Source: Octopus vulgaris
Lineage: Eukaryota
Direction: 5' to 3'
Length of the DNA: 64,000 nt
NCBI GenBank assembly: GCA_951406725.2
Contig: OX597818.1
Coordinates: 64,852,001-64,916,000, forward strand
The notes under the pieces are model-generated. The model saw nothing but the letters and a program-made list of their open reading frames with translations, had not been told where the DNA came from and ran no database searches. This document shows positions 43,161-56,198 of the stretch, one piece after another (the first letter of the stretch is position 1; every line of letters starts with the position of its first letter). The position numbers and the translations under genes are program-made.

Positions 43161-44013
43161 ATATATATATAACAAAAGAGTGGATGTGTTTCCACGCAGG
43201 AAAAATTATCGGCAAATTTGTTGTTGAAAGTGCACCTAAATTTGAAAAACTTGTAATCGTTTAAAATAAATTTATTTACATATATACGTACCTAGTTTCA
43301 AAAATATTTTTCTATATCAATTGTAAAAGTTAAAATTATAAATTAGAAAAACATCTTTAAATTTTCCAATGTTGACAAATTAAAAAGATCAAAACAAAAA
43401 AATTCAAAATTATGAAGTAGAAAAACATGTTCGGAAATTTCGATAAATTCATAACAGTCAATAATGTTAATATGAATTTGTTTGAATGTACAAAGCTCCT
43501 TAGTTTTAGTAGTGATCGACAATAAATAAATATCATCAAAGATTGAGTCATACTGAGTGAAGGTGGGTGAAGAAAACAAGGGAGAAATAAAGGTAGTAAA
43601 AAAATTTTCTCTCATCCTCTTTCTGTCCTGTGTTGGAATTTTCCCTTGCTATATGTGGACTTATCAATTCCTTTCCGCAGAGTCCACATAAACATTTCAT
43701 GTTTCTTTTTTTTTTCTCTGATGAAATTATGCTCACATCACATAAATGCAAATTTAATGTACAAATGAGGAACTGAATTATTGAGCATTAATTAAAACGG
43801 CTGTAAGAAACAAAGATGACCAATTTTTTAGAAATATAAATAATTGTCAACTACCTTATCTCCATTTTCTATTTTTTTTTAACAGGATATAATCTATACG
43901 ATTAATATATACCTCTTGATTTAATGGAATTTCGTTCCCCAAGAATGTTATGTATTGAACCAGAATTTCCTTGAATGCAGCCATTCATTCACGAGGTTAA
44001 CATATCCTCTAAT

Positions 44014-44099
<86 letters not shown>

Positions 44100-44486
44100 G
44101 TCTGTCTGTCTATCTATCTATCAATCTCTCTCTCTCTATATATATATATACGTATACGCACACACATATATACATATATACACATATATACACATACACA
44201 CACATATATATATATATATATATACACGTATTATGTATATATGTATATATAAAAGGATGTACTTTTCATGTGCATTTACAACATTTCTAAAGTTTTTCTA
44301 AAAGTTGTCTGGTAATGAAATAATCTGTGATTGAAATCGGAAGAATGATGTCGGAAGAGAAACCTTAACATGATTTATCCATAAACGATAATAAATAAAC
44401 AAATTGATGACACGGAAAGCGTATAAATATTTATTGAATACATCTGACACCAATTATCACTATACACTCACAAGCTTGCAAAGTAC

Positions 44487-44602
<116 letters not shown>

Positions 44603-45871
44603 CAAATACCTACATATATACATACATATATGTTTGTGTGTGTGTACGTTTGTCTCTGTGTCTGTGCGTATGTGTGTATATTCACACACTGGTACAAACA
44701 TAGTTATATGCACATACATATTTGTTTTTATTTTTGTGTCAATTATATTTTCTGGTTTTATTTTATATTTGCATTTACACTTAATCGAGAATATGTTCCT
44801 CTATATCTCTCTAAGATATTCCAGGAAATAAAAGTGAAATTATCGGTAATATATTCCTGAAGACTGTTAGTATCATAGAGTTTATATTCATTGGAGATGA
44901 GTGATATTTTAACCAAATTTACTATCTTCTCATTCATTGAAAGTGTATGAAAGCCATATCGTTCCATAAAAATCTATTGCTCTTCCTAGAATATACTTCA
45001 ATGGCTTTCTATAATCAAAGATTAGCAAAATGGGATTTATTGATTTATTAATTACATGAAATTTACCGCTTAGTTATTGCTGTCTTGAAGTTAATCACTT
45101 TGGTTTTGTCGGAGAATTTTGTTTCAAGACTAGTAAATTGCTGTTTCTATTGAAATTATCTACTATTTTTGTCTTTATGTATGACATCGGACAATACTTT
45201 GGTAATTTTGATTAATGCTATGTTATTTATATAAAACTAAAATGCTATCATTGAAATGCGAGTTGTTACACCGTTTTAAGAACTGCGTTCCGATCCCGTC
45301 GAATTCGTTATTGCTTTTCTAGATCAATTTAATAACCATTAAAATTTCAGGATCGATTTTATCGCCTATGAAATAACGGAAGTGTTCTGACATCATGTCT
45401 GGTACCACACTTAAGCGGGTCAGCTAATGTAGTCCGTATGAGAAGGAGACATTATTTCAATTATCCAAATGTTAACCAAATGGATACAAGACGATTAAAC
45501 AGCGACAGACGGACTTAGCTCCTCCGGTAAACCTTTGCACAGCCTACACTTTTTCTGATGTGTAGTTTGGCGCCACGAGATCTGAAGACATAGTTTGTCG
45601 TCCACGTGACAAAGCCAAACCACATCCATATGGGTTTGAAACCTATTACAGAACATATTTAAATTTTATACATAGGTAATTAAGTTAGGAAATATTTTTT
45701 TCTGAAGCAATATATACAATTTCTAGTTTTGTTTATCATTTATGTGTGTGTATGTGGGTTAGCGCAGGTGTGATTCAAATAATTTTACTTCCAACACACG
45801 TGATTTGTGCTACCCTGGTAACTATTTATCTATTTTTCCGTGTAAATTGTTAACAAGGGAAAAATACACAC

Positions 45872-45945
<74 letters not shown>

Positions 45946-45950
45946 ATATC

Positions 45951-46038
<88 letters not shown>

Positions 46039-46042
46039 CACT

Positions 46043-46273
46043 CTCTTATTCTTTTATTTGTTTCAGTCATTTGAATGTGGCCATGCTGGAGTACCACCTT
46101 TAATCGAGCAAATCGCCTCCAGGACTTTGTACTAGTACTTATTCTATTGACCACTTTTGCAGAACCGTTAAGTTACTGGGAGGAAAATACACCAGCATCG
46201 GTTGTCAAGCGATGTTGGGGGAAGACAAACACAGATATACAAACATACACACACACACACACACACACACACG

Positions 46274-46324
<51 letters not shown>

Positions 46325-46760
46325 ACGGGATTTTTTTAACGCCTATGTGGAAACCCTTATGCTAGAAGAAGATTCGCTATGGTCTCAACTACTATGTATT
46401 GTTCTCCAGAAAATTTAGCACACCAGAAAGTCTTAGTGGTTGAGACCATAGCGGATCTTCTTCTAGGATAAGGGTTTCCACATTGTGGTTAAAAAATTCC
46501 CCTCTTATATTTGTGTATGAAATACTATCTACTGAATCTCAGTTTTTTTAAATGCTAGACCACTGGTGTTACAATTGATGTTATACATATATACGACGGG
46601 CTTCTTTCAGCTTCTGTCTACCAAATCCACTCACAAGGCTTTGGTCGGCCCGAGGCTATAGTAGAAGACACTTGCGCAAGGTGTCACGCAGCAGGACTGA
46701 GCCCGGAACCAAGTGGTTGGTAAGCAAGCTACTTACTACACTGCCACTCCTACGCCTATA
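46043..46760 (-). mobile_element. SINE family B split by an insertion in its internal microsatellite
   Basis: 5' half 46592-46760, 3' half 46043-46240, foreign insert about 46340-46580. Confidence 0.8.
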
Positions 46761-46776
46761 AAAATCAAGCTTACAA

Positions 46777-46847
46777 TGCATCGGCCGGGAAACGAACCCG
46801 GGCCGCCCGTGTGGCAGGCGAGCATTCTTCCACTGAACCACCGATGC
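46777..46847 (-). tRNA. tRNA-Gly-GCC: tRNA-Gly(GCC), variant or pseudogene
   Basis: GCATCGGTGGTTCAGTGGAAGAATGCTCGCCTGCCACACGGGCGGCCCGGGTTCGTTTCCCGGCCGATGCA; perfect acceptor stem; three departures from the usual invertebrate sequence; T5 run 13 nt downstream. Confidence 0.9.
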
Positions 46848-47138
46848 AGATATGTTAATGTATGAGTGTATGTGTGGGGGGTTTTCTCTGTGTGTGTCCC
46901 CCAACAGCGCTTGTCCAATCGGAATTGGCTACTTGACGTCACCAGGATTCAGTAGTTCAGTAAACCAAAAGTTTGATTAGTTACCAAGCTTCAATAAATA
47001 AGTAATCGAATTTGGTTCGTTGAACTAAAATTCTTCAAGGCAGTGCTCCAGCATGACCGCAGTGTAATGCGCGAAAGAAAACACAAAATGCATTTATTCC
47101 TTTAATTAAATGTAAAACAGTGTTGGTTGGTCATATTG

Positions 47139-48032
47139 TACGAAATCTGATGAATGTGTATCAGGACTGTTACCATAGTAACGAAGCTAAAGAACGCATC
47201 TTAAGCCACTTGCAACAAATTGACAATGAACTCTGCTGCGCATGTGCGTTTACTTTTAACGTCCCAGTTTACTTTCGCTGTTTACATCAGTGCTTGGAAG
47301 GGAGGTGTGTAGCGTGTGATTGTTGCATTGACCGTGACAGAGAAAGTTGTCATGGTGATACCGACAGAGTGGCCTACACAATGTTGCAGAAAGTATTTGG
47401 AGAAAAGTGCATGAGCCGCACACGAGTGTACCAGTGGTTCGGACGTTTCCAGGATGGCCGAAAATTGTCGATATGGACGAATGTTCTGGGAGACCCGCAA
47501 CCAGCAGGACTGAGGAAAACATTGCAGACGTGCCTTGCAGCTCTGAGAGGAAATCTTCGAATCACCATCCGTGAGTTATCAGAAGCTGTGGAAATTCATT
47601 GCGGTTCAGTTTAGTCCATTATCGCTGAAGATTTGGATATGAAACAGGTCTCTTTCAAGTTTGTGCTAAAACAGCTTTCAACAAACCAAACTCGGGTTTC
47701 AGGAGCACAAGATCTCCTCGGTTATGTCAAGAACGATGACAATTTATTTGAAAATTTTACGTACACCACTGAGCAGGTATCGTCAAGCTGTTGTCAAAAT
47801 TTGATGCAGATTCTCTGCTCAACTTCCTCTCTCATTATCAATGCGACGATCACACACTACACACTTTCCTTCCAAGCACTGCTGGAAAGAGCGGAAGTGA
47901 GCTAGTACGCCAATATATAGTGCGCATGCACAACAATGTTTAAGCTCAGTTTGTGCCAAGCAGCTTCATTCTGTGTGCTTTAGCTTCGTTACTACGGCAA
48001 CATACCTAATACTTATTGATCAGATTACCTAT
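47139..48032 (+). mobile_element. Internally deleted mariner with long (about 200 bp) imperfect TIRs
   Basis: tagtaacgaagctaaag / ctttagcttcgttacta and cagtgcttggaagg / ccttccaagcactg; transposase remnant MLQKVFGEKCMSRTRVYQWFGRFQDGR...RITIRELSE with frameshifts. Confidence 0.9.
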
Positions 48033-48271
48033 ATTAGCGCCTTCCATACATCCATCAACTACTTTTTAGCTATCAATATTACAGGGCTCTAAATAATTTC
48101 ACGCTGTTTTCAATGTTCTCAATCATTGAATAAATTATGATTTACGAAATAACACGATATACATAGGTACGCAGACACACAAACACACACACACACATAG
48201 ATATATATTGTAGTATTTCGGATGGTACATTATGTGTTTCTGTTTTGGAGCCAAATAAATACACAAACACG

Positions 48272-48336
<65 letters not shown>

Positions 48337-48561
48337 TGTGTATATATATATATAAATAAATATATCAAAAATAAGAGTGAAAATATTGGATATTAATTTA
48401 ATAATACCATCAATTTAACACCAAGTGGCTTAGCGCATAGAAACCAGGGTTACAATAAAAATTTATACACAAATATAAGAGAGTGTCCACTATGTGGTCG
48501 ACTCATAGCGGATCTATTTTTAGCGCAAGAGACGACCAAATAGTGGACGCTCTCTTATATT

Positions 48562-48620
<59 letters not shown>

Positions 48621-49912
48621 GTTCTTCACTCGTTTATTTATGTTACTATTTTACCTTATGTTCATTGTACGTAAATATTTCGTCACACATCTGTGACGTC
48701 ATCAGCGACACTTTCCTTCCAGGTTTGTGCTACGCCTCATCTATTCTGTTCTTCTATAACGTGCACCCTTCTATGCGCATGCGTTTGCGTCTATATTTGT
48801 GTGTGATTGCATATACATATGTGTGTGTCGTTGTTCTTAGTATCAGTATTACCCTCCCCTTACCCCTGTCCTTTCCGTTGTTGCCCCTCCGGCTCCGCTT
48901 GACCCAGATTTTAGTACCGTTCCTATATATCTTTGCGTATGTGTGCTCGTCCACGCTGCAGCAATCTTGGTAGTTGTTGTTATTGTTGTTGCATTTGTCG
49001 TGGATGGTCGTGTTGTTGATTTTGTTGTGGCCGTTGTTGAAGTTAGTATATGTGTGTTTGTATGTGTATATGACTTTGCTTACTATGTTGCTTGTATCCC
49101 TGCCTTTATAACATGTTTTTTTTTATCTATTTACTTCTATTTCTTTTATTTGTGATAGGTATGGGCATATTTGTCTATTGTGTGTGTTCACATTGTATCT
49201 ATTTTCCTTATTCCTTCAGGCTTTTGTCCTCTTATTGCGTCATGTGTCAATGGGTGTTATTATTACATTCGTGTTTCTGCTGAGGATCGGTCTATAAATT
49301 GCTGTGTTTAGCCTCTGTAGTTTGTCTTTACCATTTACTGCAGAAGTTTGCATAATTATGCATTTGCGTAAATGTAGTTTACGTCACGAATTTTATATTC
49401 GTATATAGACACGTATGTGCAAAGTAGTAGCGGAGATGATAACCAGCAAGTTTATACCAACTTTATTGCATAAATATTTTTCTGAAATAAAGAGCAGAAT
49501 TATGAGTCGTAGTATTCTATTCAGACAATGCAGCCTACTGGTAGAAAAACAACTTCATTATGGGAATGCAGTGTACTCATCTAATTGTCCTTGTTCTTAT
49601 GAACGGCTTTTCCGTTTGTTGTCCTCTTCAGTCAAACACAAAACAGCTTTTTTCTGGAAAACCTCAGTCACGAGTCTTCAATTTTGCGTGTGAATATGCT
49701 TTCCTTGAAACAGCTTGAGCATATTAGAAAAATATATCCTTCTCTGATAAGTGTAATATTTTTGCACCATTCAAAGTAGTGTGCTGGCAGAATCGTTAAT
49801 GAGCCTAGCAAAATACGGCATAAAATAGGTATCACCTGAGCTCTGGAGTGCAAGTCATCGACATATTTTCTCCCCCCAAATAAATGGTCTTTTGCAAAAA
49901 CCTGAAACTAAA

Positions 49913-50065
49913 ACATTATTTATATTTGGTGGATATTTGTCCTCATCTTGTTTGTTGTTAACACAATGTTTCGGCTGATATACCCTTCAGCATTCATCAG
50001 GTGTCTTGGGGAAATTTCGAACCTGGATGCTTATTCCTAAGGTATTAGGTATTTTTCGATATTAC

Positions 50066-50125
<60 letters not shown>

Positions 50126-50127
50126 CA

Positions 50128-50214
<87 letters not shown>

Positions 50215-50304
50215 TCACTGCTTCGAATCGAACTCGGAATCTTGTAACCCGCGCTACAAATCCCGGTAGTGACCTAAATAATTAATAATAATAATAATAA
50301 TAAT

Positions 50305-50357
<53 letters not shown>

Positions 50358-50553
50358 TAATAACAACAACAACATCGAAAAATACCTTAGGAATGAGAAG
50401 CCAGGTTCGAAATTTCCCCAAATCACTTGATGAAGTCTGGAGTGTTTATCAGCCGAAATATTGTTTTAACAACAAAGATGAGGATAAATATGCGTCAAAT
50501 GTAAATAATGTAAACAATCTAAATAATGTACATAATTCCTTGTCTCTTAAATA
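49913..50553. mobile_element. Head-to-head pair of SINE family C copies, each with a hammerhead
   Basis: Minus copy 49913-about 50255, plus copy about 50260-50553; possible TSD ctgaaactaaaac / ctgaaagtaatac. Confidence 0.8.
49960..50005 (-). ncRNA. Minimal type I hammerhead in SINE C 3' module
   Basis: gacac-CTGATGA-a-t-gctga-agggtata-tcagc-c-GAAA-catt-gtgtt. Confidence 0.75.
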
Positions 50554-51827
50554 TACAACTGAAAGTAATACTTTTGCAAAGTTCCGCATATACCTTGCCG
50601 TTCTTGTGACTCGCTTTAAACCGAAACTATGTACTGAAATATTGTAGATAAGCACTTTGTTTTTCCTGAACATATTTTTCAGCGAATCCAACAGTTCTAA
50701 TTCCGAACGTATGAGTATAAATTTGGGAGGAATTAAATGCAGGAACTGAATGTTATTGGCGTCATTGTACTGAACGTATTCTAGAAAATGTTATTGATGG
50801 TAGTAATGGTTTCTTTGAATTGGAAGAAAAATAAGCAGAAAAGACGTGAGGAATTTCAAATAAATACGGAATAGGAAAGAGTGTACATATAGCAAGAGAG
50901 ACAGAAATATCGATTGGTGAACTTTTGTCAATCATATATCAAGTGAAGTGAGTCGAAGAGAAAAATGTTGGTGAAGAAAAAAATGAGGTGAAAAATAAAA
51001 GAGATACGTAGCTCTGAAAAGGTAAATAATTCAGCTTAACATTCTGAAAGAATTGTAAAAAGCAAGTTTTTCATTCGTATATTAAATGGCTACTTTATCA
51101 TAGAATGACGGAAATGGTAGGTCAATTGTTGGGACGAAATAGATCCCAATAAATGAAGTTGAAAAAAATAAGTTTAGTCATTTATCTGTGTTTTGTATAT
51201 TAAAGACGACTACATAATAGAGTTATTGAAAGAAAGGAGAACAGAAGGGGGATGTGTTTGGGGATGTATGAGTAATGATATGGCTTAGAGATTAAACGGA
51301 AACCCAACATGTGAAGCGGAGTTGGCGATAGAGTTCCTTAAAAGAATATATCAAATATTTTACTTTCAGACTCAGTACAGTTACGATACAAATGTTTTGT
51401 AGAGAAAGTTCATCGGAGTGGGTAAAATAAATTTCATGCCAAAATTTAAAATTTGCTTTTAAAATATTTATTTCTTTATTGACAACACGATCACATTCTA
51501 ACATACGATCACATTCTAACATACTAGACTTTTCGTAAAATGAAATCAAAGCACTAAATCGCACTGATTACAATCACTAGTGATCAACTGTTACTTATTT
51601 TATCGACTCCGAAAAGATGAATGGCAAAGTCAAATGCGATGGAATGAAAAAAGCGGACGAAATACCGCTAGGCATTTTGGCTGCTCGCACCATTTTATAT
51701 ATATTATGCGAAGAAATCCGAAACTTGTGCGTGAGATCTAGGAAAACATTAACAACCACTGGTAACTTCCACATCAACAGTGACGTCAAGATCATCTATG
51801 TAAGTCCAGAAACAGAAGATTGCTACT

Positions 51828-52213
51828 GTGGTGGAAGCACTCCGTCGGTTACGACGACGAGGGTTCCGGTTGATCCGAATCAACGGAACAGCCTGCTCGT
51901 GAAATTAACGTGTAAGTGGCTGAGAACTCCACAGACACGTGTACCCTTAACGTAGTTCTCGGGGATATTCAGCGTGACACAGAGAGTGACAAGGCCGGTC
52001 CTTTGAAATACAGGTACAACAGAAACAGAAAGTAAGAGTGAGAGAAAGTTGTGGTGAAAGAGTACAGCAGGGATCACCACCATCCCTGCCGGAGACTCGT
52101 GGAGCTTCAGGTGTTTTCGCTCAACAAACACTCACAACGCCCGGTCTGGGAATCGAAACCGTGATCCTACAACCGTGAGTTCGCTGCCCTAACCACTGGG
52201 CCATTGCGCCTCC
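51828..52213 (-). mobile_element. Full-length tRNA-derived SINE (family D)
   Basis: Head ggaggcgcaatggcccagtggttagggcagcg...ggtttcgattccc with A/B boxes; 16-bp TSD acagaa(g/a)attgctact; decayed heads also near 10140-10245 and 17620-17705. Confidence 0.9.
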
Positions 52214-52269
52214 ACAGAAAATTGCTACTAAATACCTGATGAATAAGGAGATAGAGATGTATCTTAGTA

Positions 52270-52560
52270 TCCAAGCAGGGATGAAAATTGTTCATTATTC
52301 CATACCAGTGTGGAATTTATCAGCCATATCATCATCAGCCGGCCATAAATTTTATGCGCCATATTACCTCTCCACAGGTTATGACATAGTTGCAAAAACA
52401 GTTTTAAATATCATACGTATGAAAGACTGTCCTGATAGTGTTACAGAAGCTACTACAGAACAGAAATGTACTCAGACCTCTAAAACCAAGGAATATTTGC
52501 GGAACATTCCAATCAGAACAGCGATCCAGAATGTTACGCAAAGAACGTTACTGAATTTAG
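52270..52560 (+). pseudogene. RLE-type non-LTR retrotransposon relic
   Basis: YYL..GYDIVAKTVLNII...KEYLRNIPIRT resembles the RHD.VAK region of R4/Dong-like ORFs. Confidence 0.45.
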
Positions 52561-52569
52561 AGGAACAGA

Positions 52570-52805
52570 ACTTGGAAGCCCTGTCAAACCCCACATTCAT
52601 CAGACCTTACACCAACTGACTATCAAGTTTTCCAAGCTTCAGACAATATTTTACAAGGAAAAAACTTCAAATAAGAAGAAAATTCAGTAACAGTCTTTGG
52701 CGATTTCCTCACCTCTTGCTCTCCAGATATCTTGGATGCCAGGATAAAGATGCTACCGATAAAATGGCAAAATGTGTTGATAAATTGAAGTGCATACTTT
52801 GATTA
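52570..52805 (+). pseudogene. Mariner transposase C-terminal fragment
   Basis: HSSDLTPTDYQVFQASDNILQGKNF...IKMLPIKWQ...AYFD* (YSPDLAP-D-like motif). Confidence 0.7.
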
Positions 52806-52861
52806 ACTGCAAAATCGGACGTTTCGTTCTTAATGACTCGATATATATATATACTTATATG

Positions 52862-52954
<93 letters not shown>

Positions 52955-53460
52955 ATTTAGTAAAACTATGAATGTACATATTTTTAGATGAAGTGCAACT
53001 CCATTACCTTTAATGTCTTCATGTCTCGCCTCAATTAATTATTCAAATTTAGTCTACAAGTTTTACTTAGAGACATTTTTGAGGCTGCGCCATCCACTGG
53101 TATATCGCTTGTTGTGTTTCATTTTGAAGTAGAATTACTGTCACGCCCCCAAAGGAATTCGTCTTAAAAATGGTTTTATAAGAATACTCTCAGTTGTAAA
53201 ATAACATAGTATAATCGTTTGAAAATACTTCAACTCAACTCAAACATTATTAATTGTATTAAATGAAAGTAAATAGAAACCTAAAGAATATTATAGTTGA
53301 ATGCTTGTATAAATTTAGTGAATAGATTTTTCAGTTGGTAATGTATAGGATCTAGGTATTTTGAAATTGATAATATTTGATATTAATATTCAATTATATC
53401 AGAGTTTTATATTCTATAACTACTTGGATTCTACCTACTAATACAAAATATACACTGCAG

Positions 53461-53512
<52 letters not shown>

Positions 53513-55329
53513 ACATATATTTATATATTTATATATATATGCACAATATATATTTTTCATAATTGTAGAAACGTAAGTGTATTTTTAAAATAGATGTGTT
53601 ATTTTTGTGTGCGAGTTAATCTACCTGTCTGATTTTTCATTTTAAATTAAACTGTTGCAGGGTGTGAGGTGAATTTAAGAGAATGGGATTTGGGAAATAT
53701 AAGTAAGAAAAGGAACAATTGAGAGGCGACGCTAAATAATTGAAAATCATCGTTCCCTGTGGCAAGATGGTTTCGTTTCGAAGAAAATCTATAAAAACTT
53801 GAAGGTAGCCACATGTAACGGGTTTGTAAATCCAGTACACAAAAAACACTTTCAGTTTCAAATGTATTATTATTGCGGTAACAGGAAACCTACCAACCTG
53901 TGCGTAGAAAAGTGTTGCTGAACTTTTAATCTTAGGAAGAGAATGCAAATACTTAATTCATATGCTACGAATTATCACTGTATCTGTGACTACAGACAGT
54001 TGTGAAACTTTAGGATTTAAAGGATGGTGGTTAAAAGAAGTTATATTCTTTTTGAACTTTGCTATCCGGTTGGTGACCGTTCAAAATTTATTTTAAAATT
54101 GAAAAATAATAAAGTGAAGTGCATACATGAAGGCACGCATATATTGTACTTTATTACAGCTCCTTGCAAGCTATCAGATGTGGCACGCACATAGCTCTGG
54201 TTGTAATGCTTTTCTTAACAGAAACATCATCAAGCTAAGAAGTTGATTTTGAAATGTGTCTCTTGTAATCAAATAATTTATATATATATATATATATAGA
54301 TATGTGAGCATGTGTTTGTATCTGTAAAATTTATGCTTAAATTCCAAAGCTTCTTTCATAGAGAGTTGTTGTTTCCGCTGAAATTCCCTGCAAATATTCT
54401 AATTTATAAATTCCGATAGATAATTTCGTGGTAAATATATAAATATATGAAAAATTTAATTATATTTCCGCACACGCTGATGAATCTGCCCCTCCACCAA
54501 CGTTCCACCATTTATTAGTTATACATCATCATTAATCTACAAATATCCTACACGTACAATTTAATTGAATATAGGAATATGTTGTTTTATTAGGAAGTGT
54601 ATTATTTACTAATTATTTTCCAAAATTAATTAGTCAATTTATAGAACAATAAATAAAATAATAAATAAATAAAACATTGTACGGTGCACTTACAAATATA
54701 TGCATAGTGTTACGTATGTATACGCAAGTGTAAAAATTGGAATTTTGATATGGTATAAAAGTCAAACGCGTTATCTTTATTTCGGTGTTCGTGCCTACCC
54801 TTACTTGCGGACATGGATCTTTGGTAGTGACCGAAATGATATAAATAACACGAACAACAAAAATACTTCCTACTAAATACACGAGTCCTAAACGTCTAGA
54901 GGGAGGGGGAGCTAATGGATTACATCAACATCTGTTCTCATTTAGTACATATTCTCTTAACCCAAAGAGGATGAAATGCAAAACCTCAATTTGTTTTGCG
55001 TGTCATTTGTTAAGATTGAATTTTGAACTCTATATACTTTCATTTAATATAATTAATAATGTTTGAGTTGAGTTGAAGTATTTTCAAACGATTATACTAT
55101 GTTATTTGACAACGTAGAGTATTCTTATAAAACCATTTTGAACTCAGAAGGTACAGATCGACGAAATGCCCTCACAAACGAGAATACTAAAAATGAGCCC
55201 GACTGCTCCCAAAAATTAAGTAAAAGACCCACAAAAATTATTCAGAATCCTTGCCCAACATCTGATCGATCTCAATGGAGTCATGGAATATGAAGATGGT
55301 TGTAGAAAACTTTGTAACAGTAATATATT

Positions 55330-55648
55330 GTTTATCCTTATTTAATACAAGCCAAAGTTAAATTCACCGTTCCAAATAGTCACAGCCTCAAGGGAGATAA
55401 TTGAGAATGATTTAAGTGTTAACGTAAGAATGTAATTATGTAAGGTAAATATCACAAATAATCCAGAATCATTGTCCGGTACCGTATCGATCCCAGAATC
55501 AAATCAGTTCGTGCCAGTCACGAGACCAAACATCCCTGAAAGTTTCATTCGAATCCATCCTACGATTCTTGAGATATCTTGTCCATGGACAAACAAACAA
55601 ATACGACTGAAAATAATACTTCCGCCTTCGCTAAGGCGGAAGTAATAA
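55330..55648 (+). mobile_element. Helentron-associated (HINE/DINE-like) non-autonomous element end
   Basis: aagtttcattcgaatcc...(acaa)n...gaaaataa then terminal 12-bp hairpin tacttccgcctt-cgct-aaggcggaagta (55617-55644). Confidence 0.55.
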
Positions 55649-55964
55649 CAATTCAAATAGTAGAGAAAGCAGCGCCAATATACTCACTCCCGTCATAAAT
55701 CAAAGTCAGAAATATTTGTGGTCAACTAATGGCCATTTTTCTAGCATAACTTTCGAACAGCATACTCTCTGGAGGGATAAAAAACACAGCGTTTGTTGAT
55801 AAGAATTTCTTTTACCGGCAGGAAGGGGCGAGATATTGTTAATCTTTATCTACAGCTGGCTACCTTTCACACTAATTAACGTCCCCTATAGCGTATCCAC
55901 ATTGTATACGGGTAGTTTATACACATGAGGGATTAGAAAGGGCTGGCGGTATCCATATATCTCT

Positions 55965-56198
55965 TAAGGCGGCGAGCTGGCAGAAACGTTAGCCCGTCGG
56001 GCGAAATGCTTAGCGGTATTTCGTCTGCCGTTACTTTCTGAGTTCAAATTCCGCCGAGGTCGACTTTACCTTTCATCCTTTCGGGGTCGATAAATTAAGT
56101 ACCAGTTACGCACTGGGGTCGATGTAATCGACTTAATACTTATGTCTGTCCTTGTTTGTCCCTTCTATGTTTAGCCCCTTGTGGGTAATAAAGAAATG
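55965..56198 (+). mobile_element. SINE family A, clean monomer
   Basis: 17-bp TSD ggtatccat(a/g)tatctct at 55948-55964 and 56199-56215. Confidence 0.95.

Noticed and set aside
43195-43800. AT-rich ORF cluster with a CGLC motif
   Set aside because: Short, broken, and no recognisable family; cannot support a call
49270-49345. ctgagga in a PLE-UTR-like region
   Set aside because: No GAAA or stem II partner found
54445-54490. gaaa...ctgatga permuted hammerhead
   Set aside because: Stems of only 2-3 bp in AT-rich DNA; expected by chance
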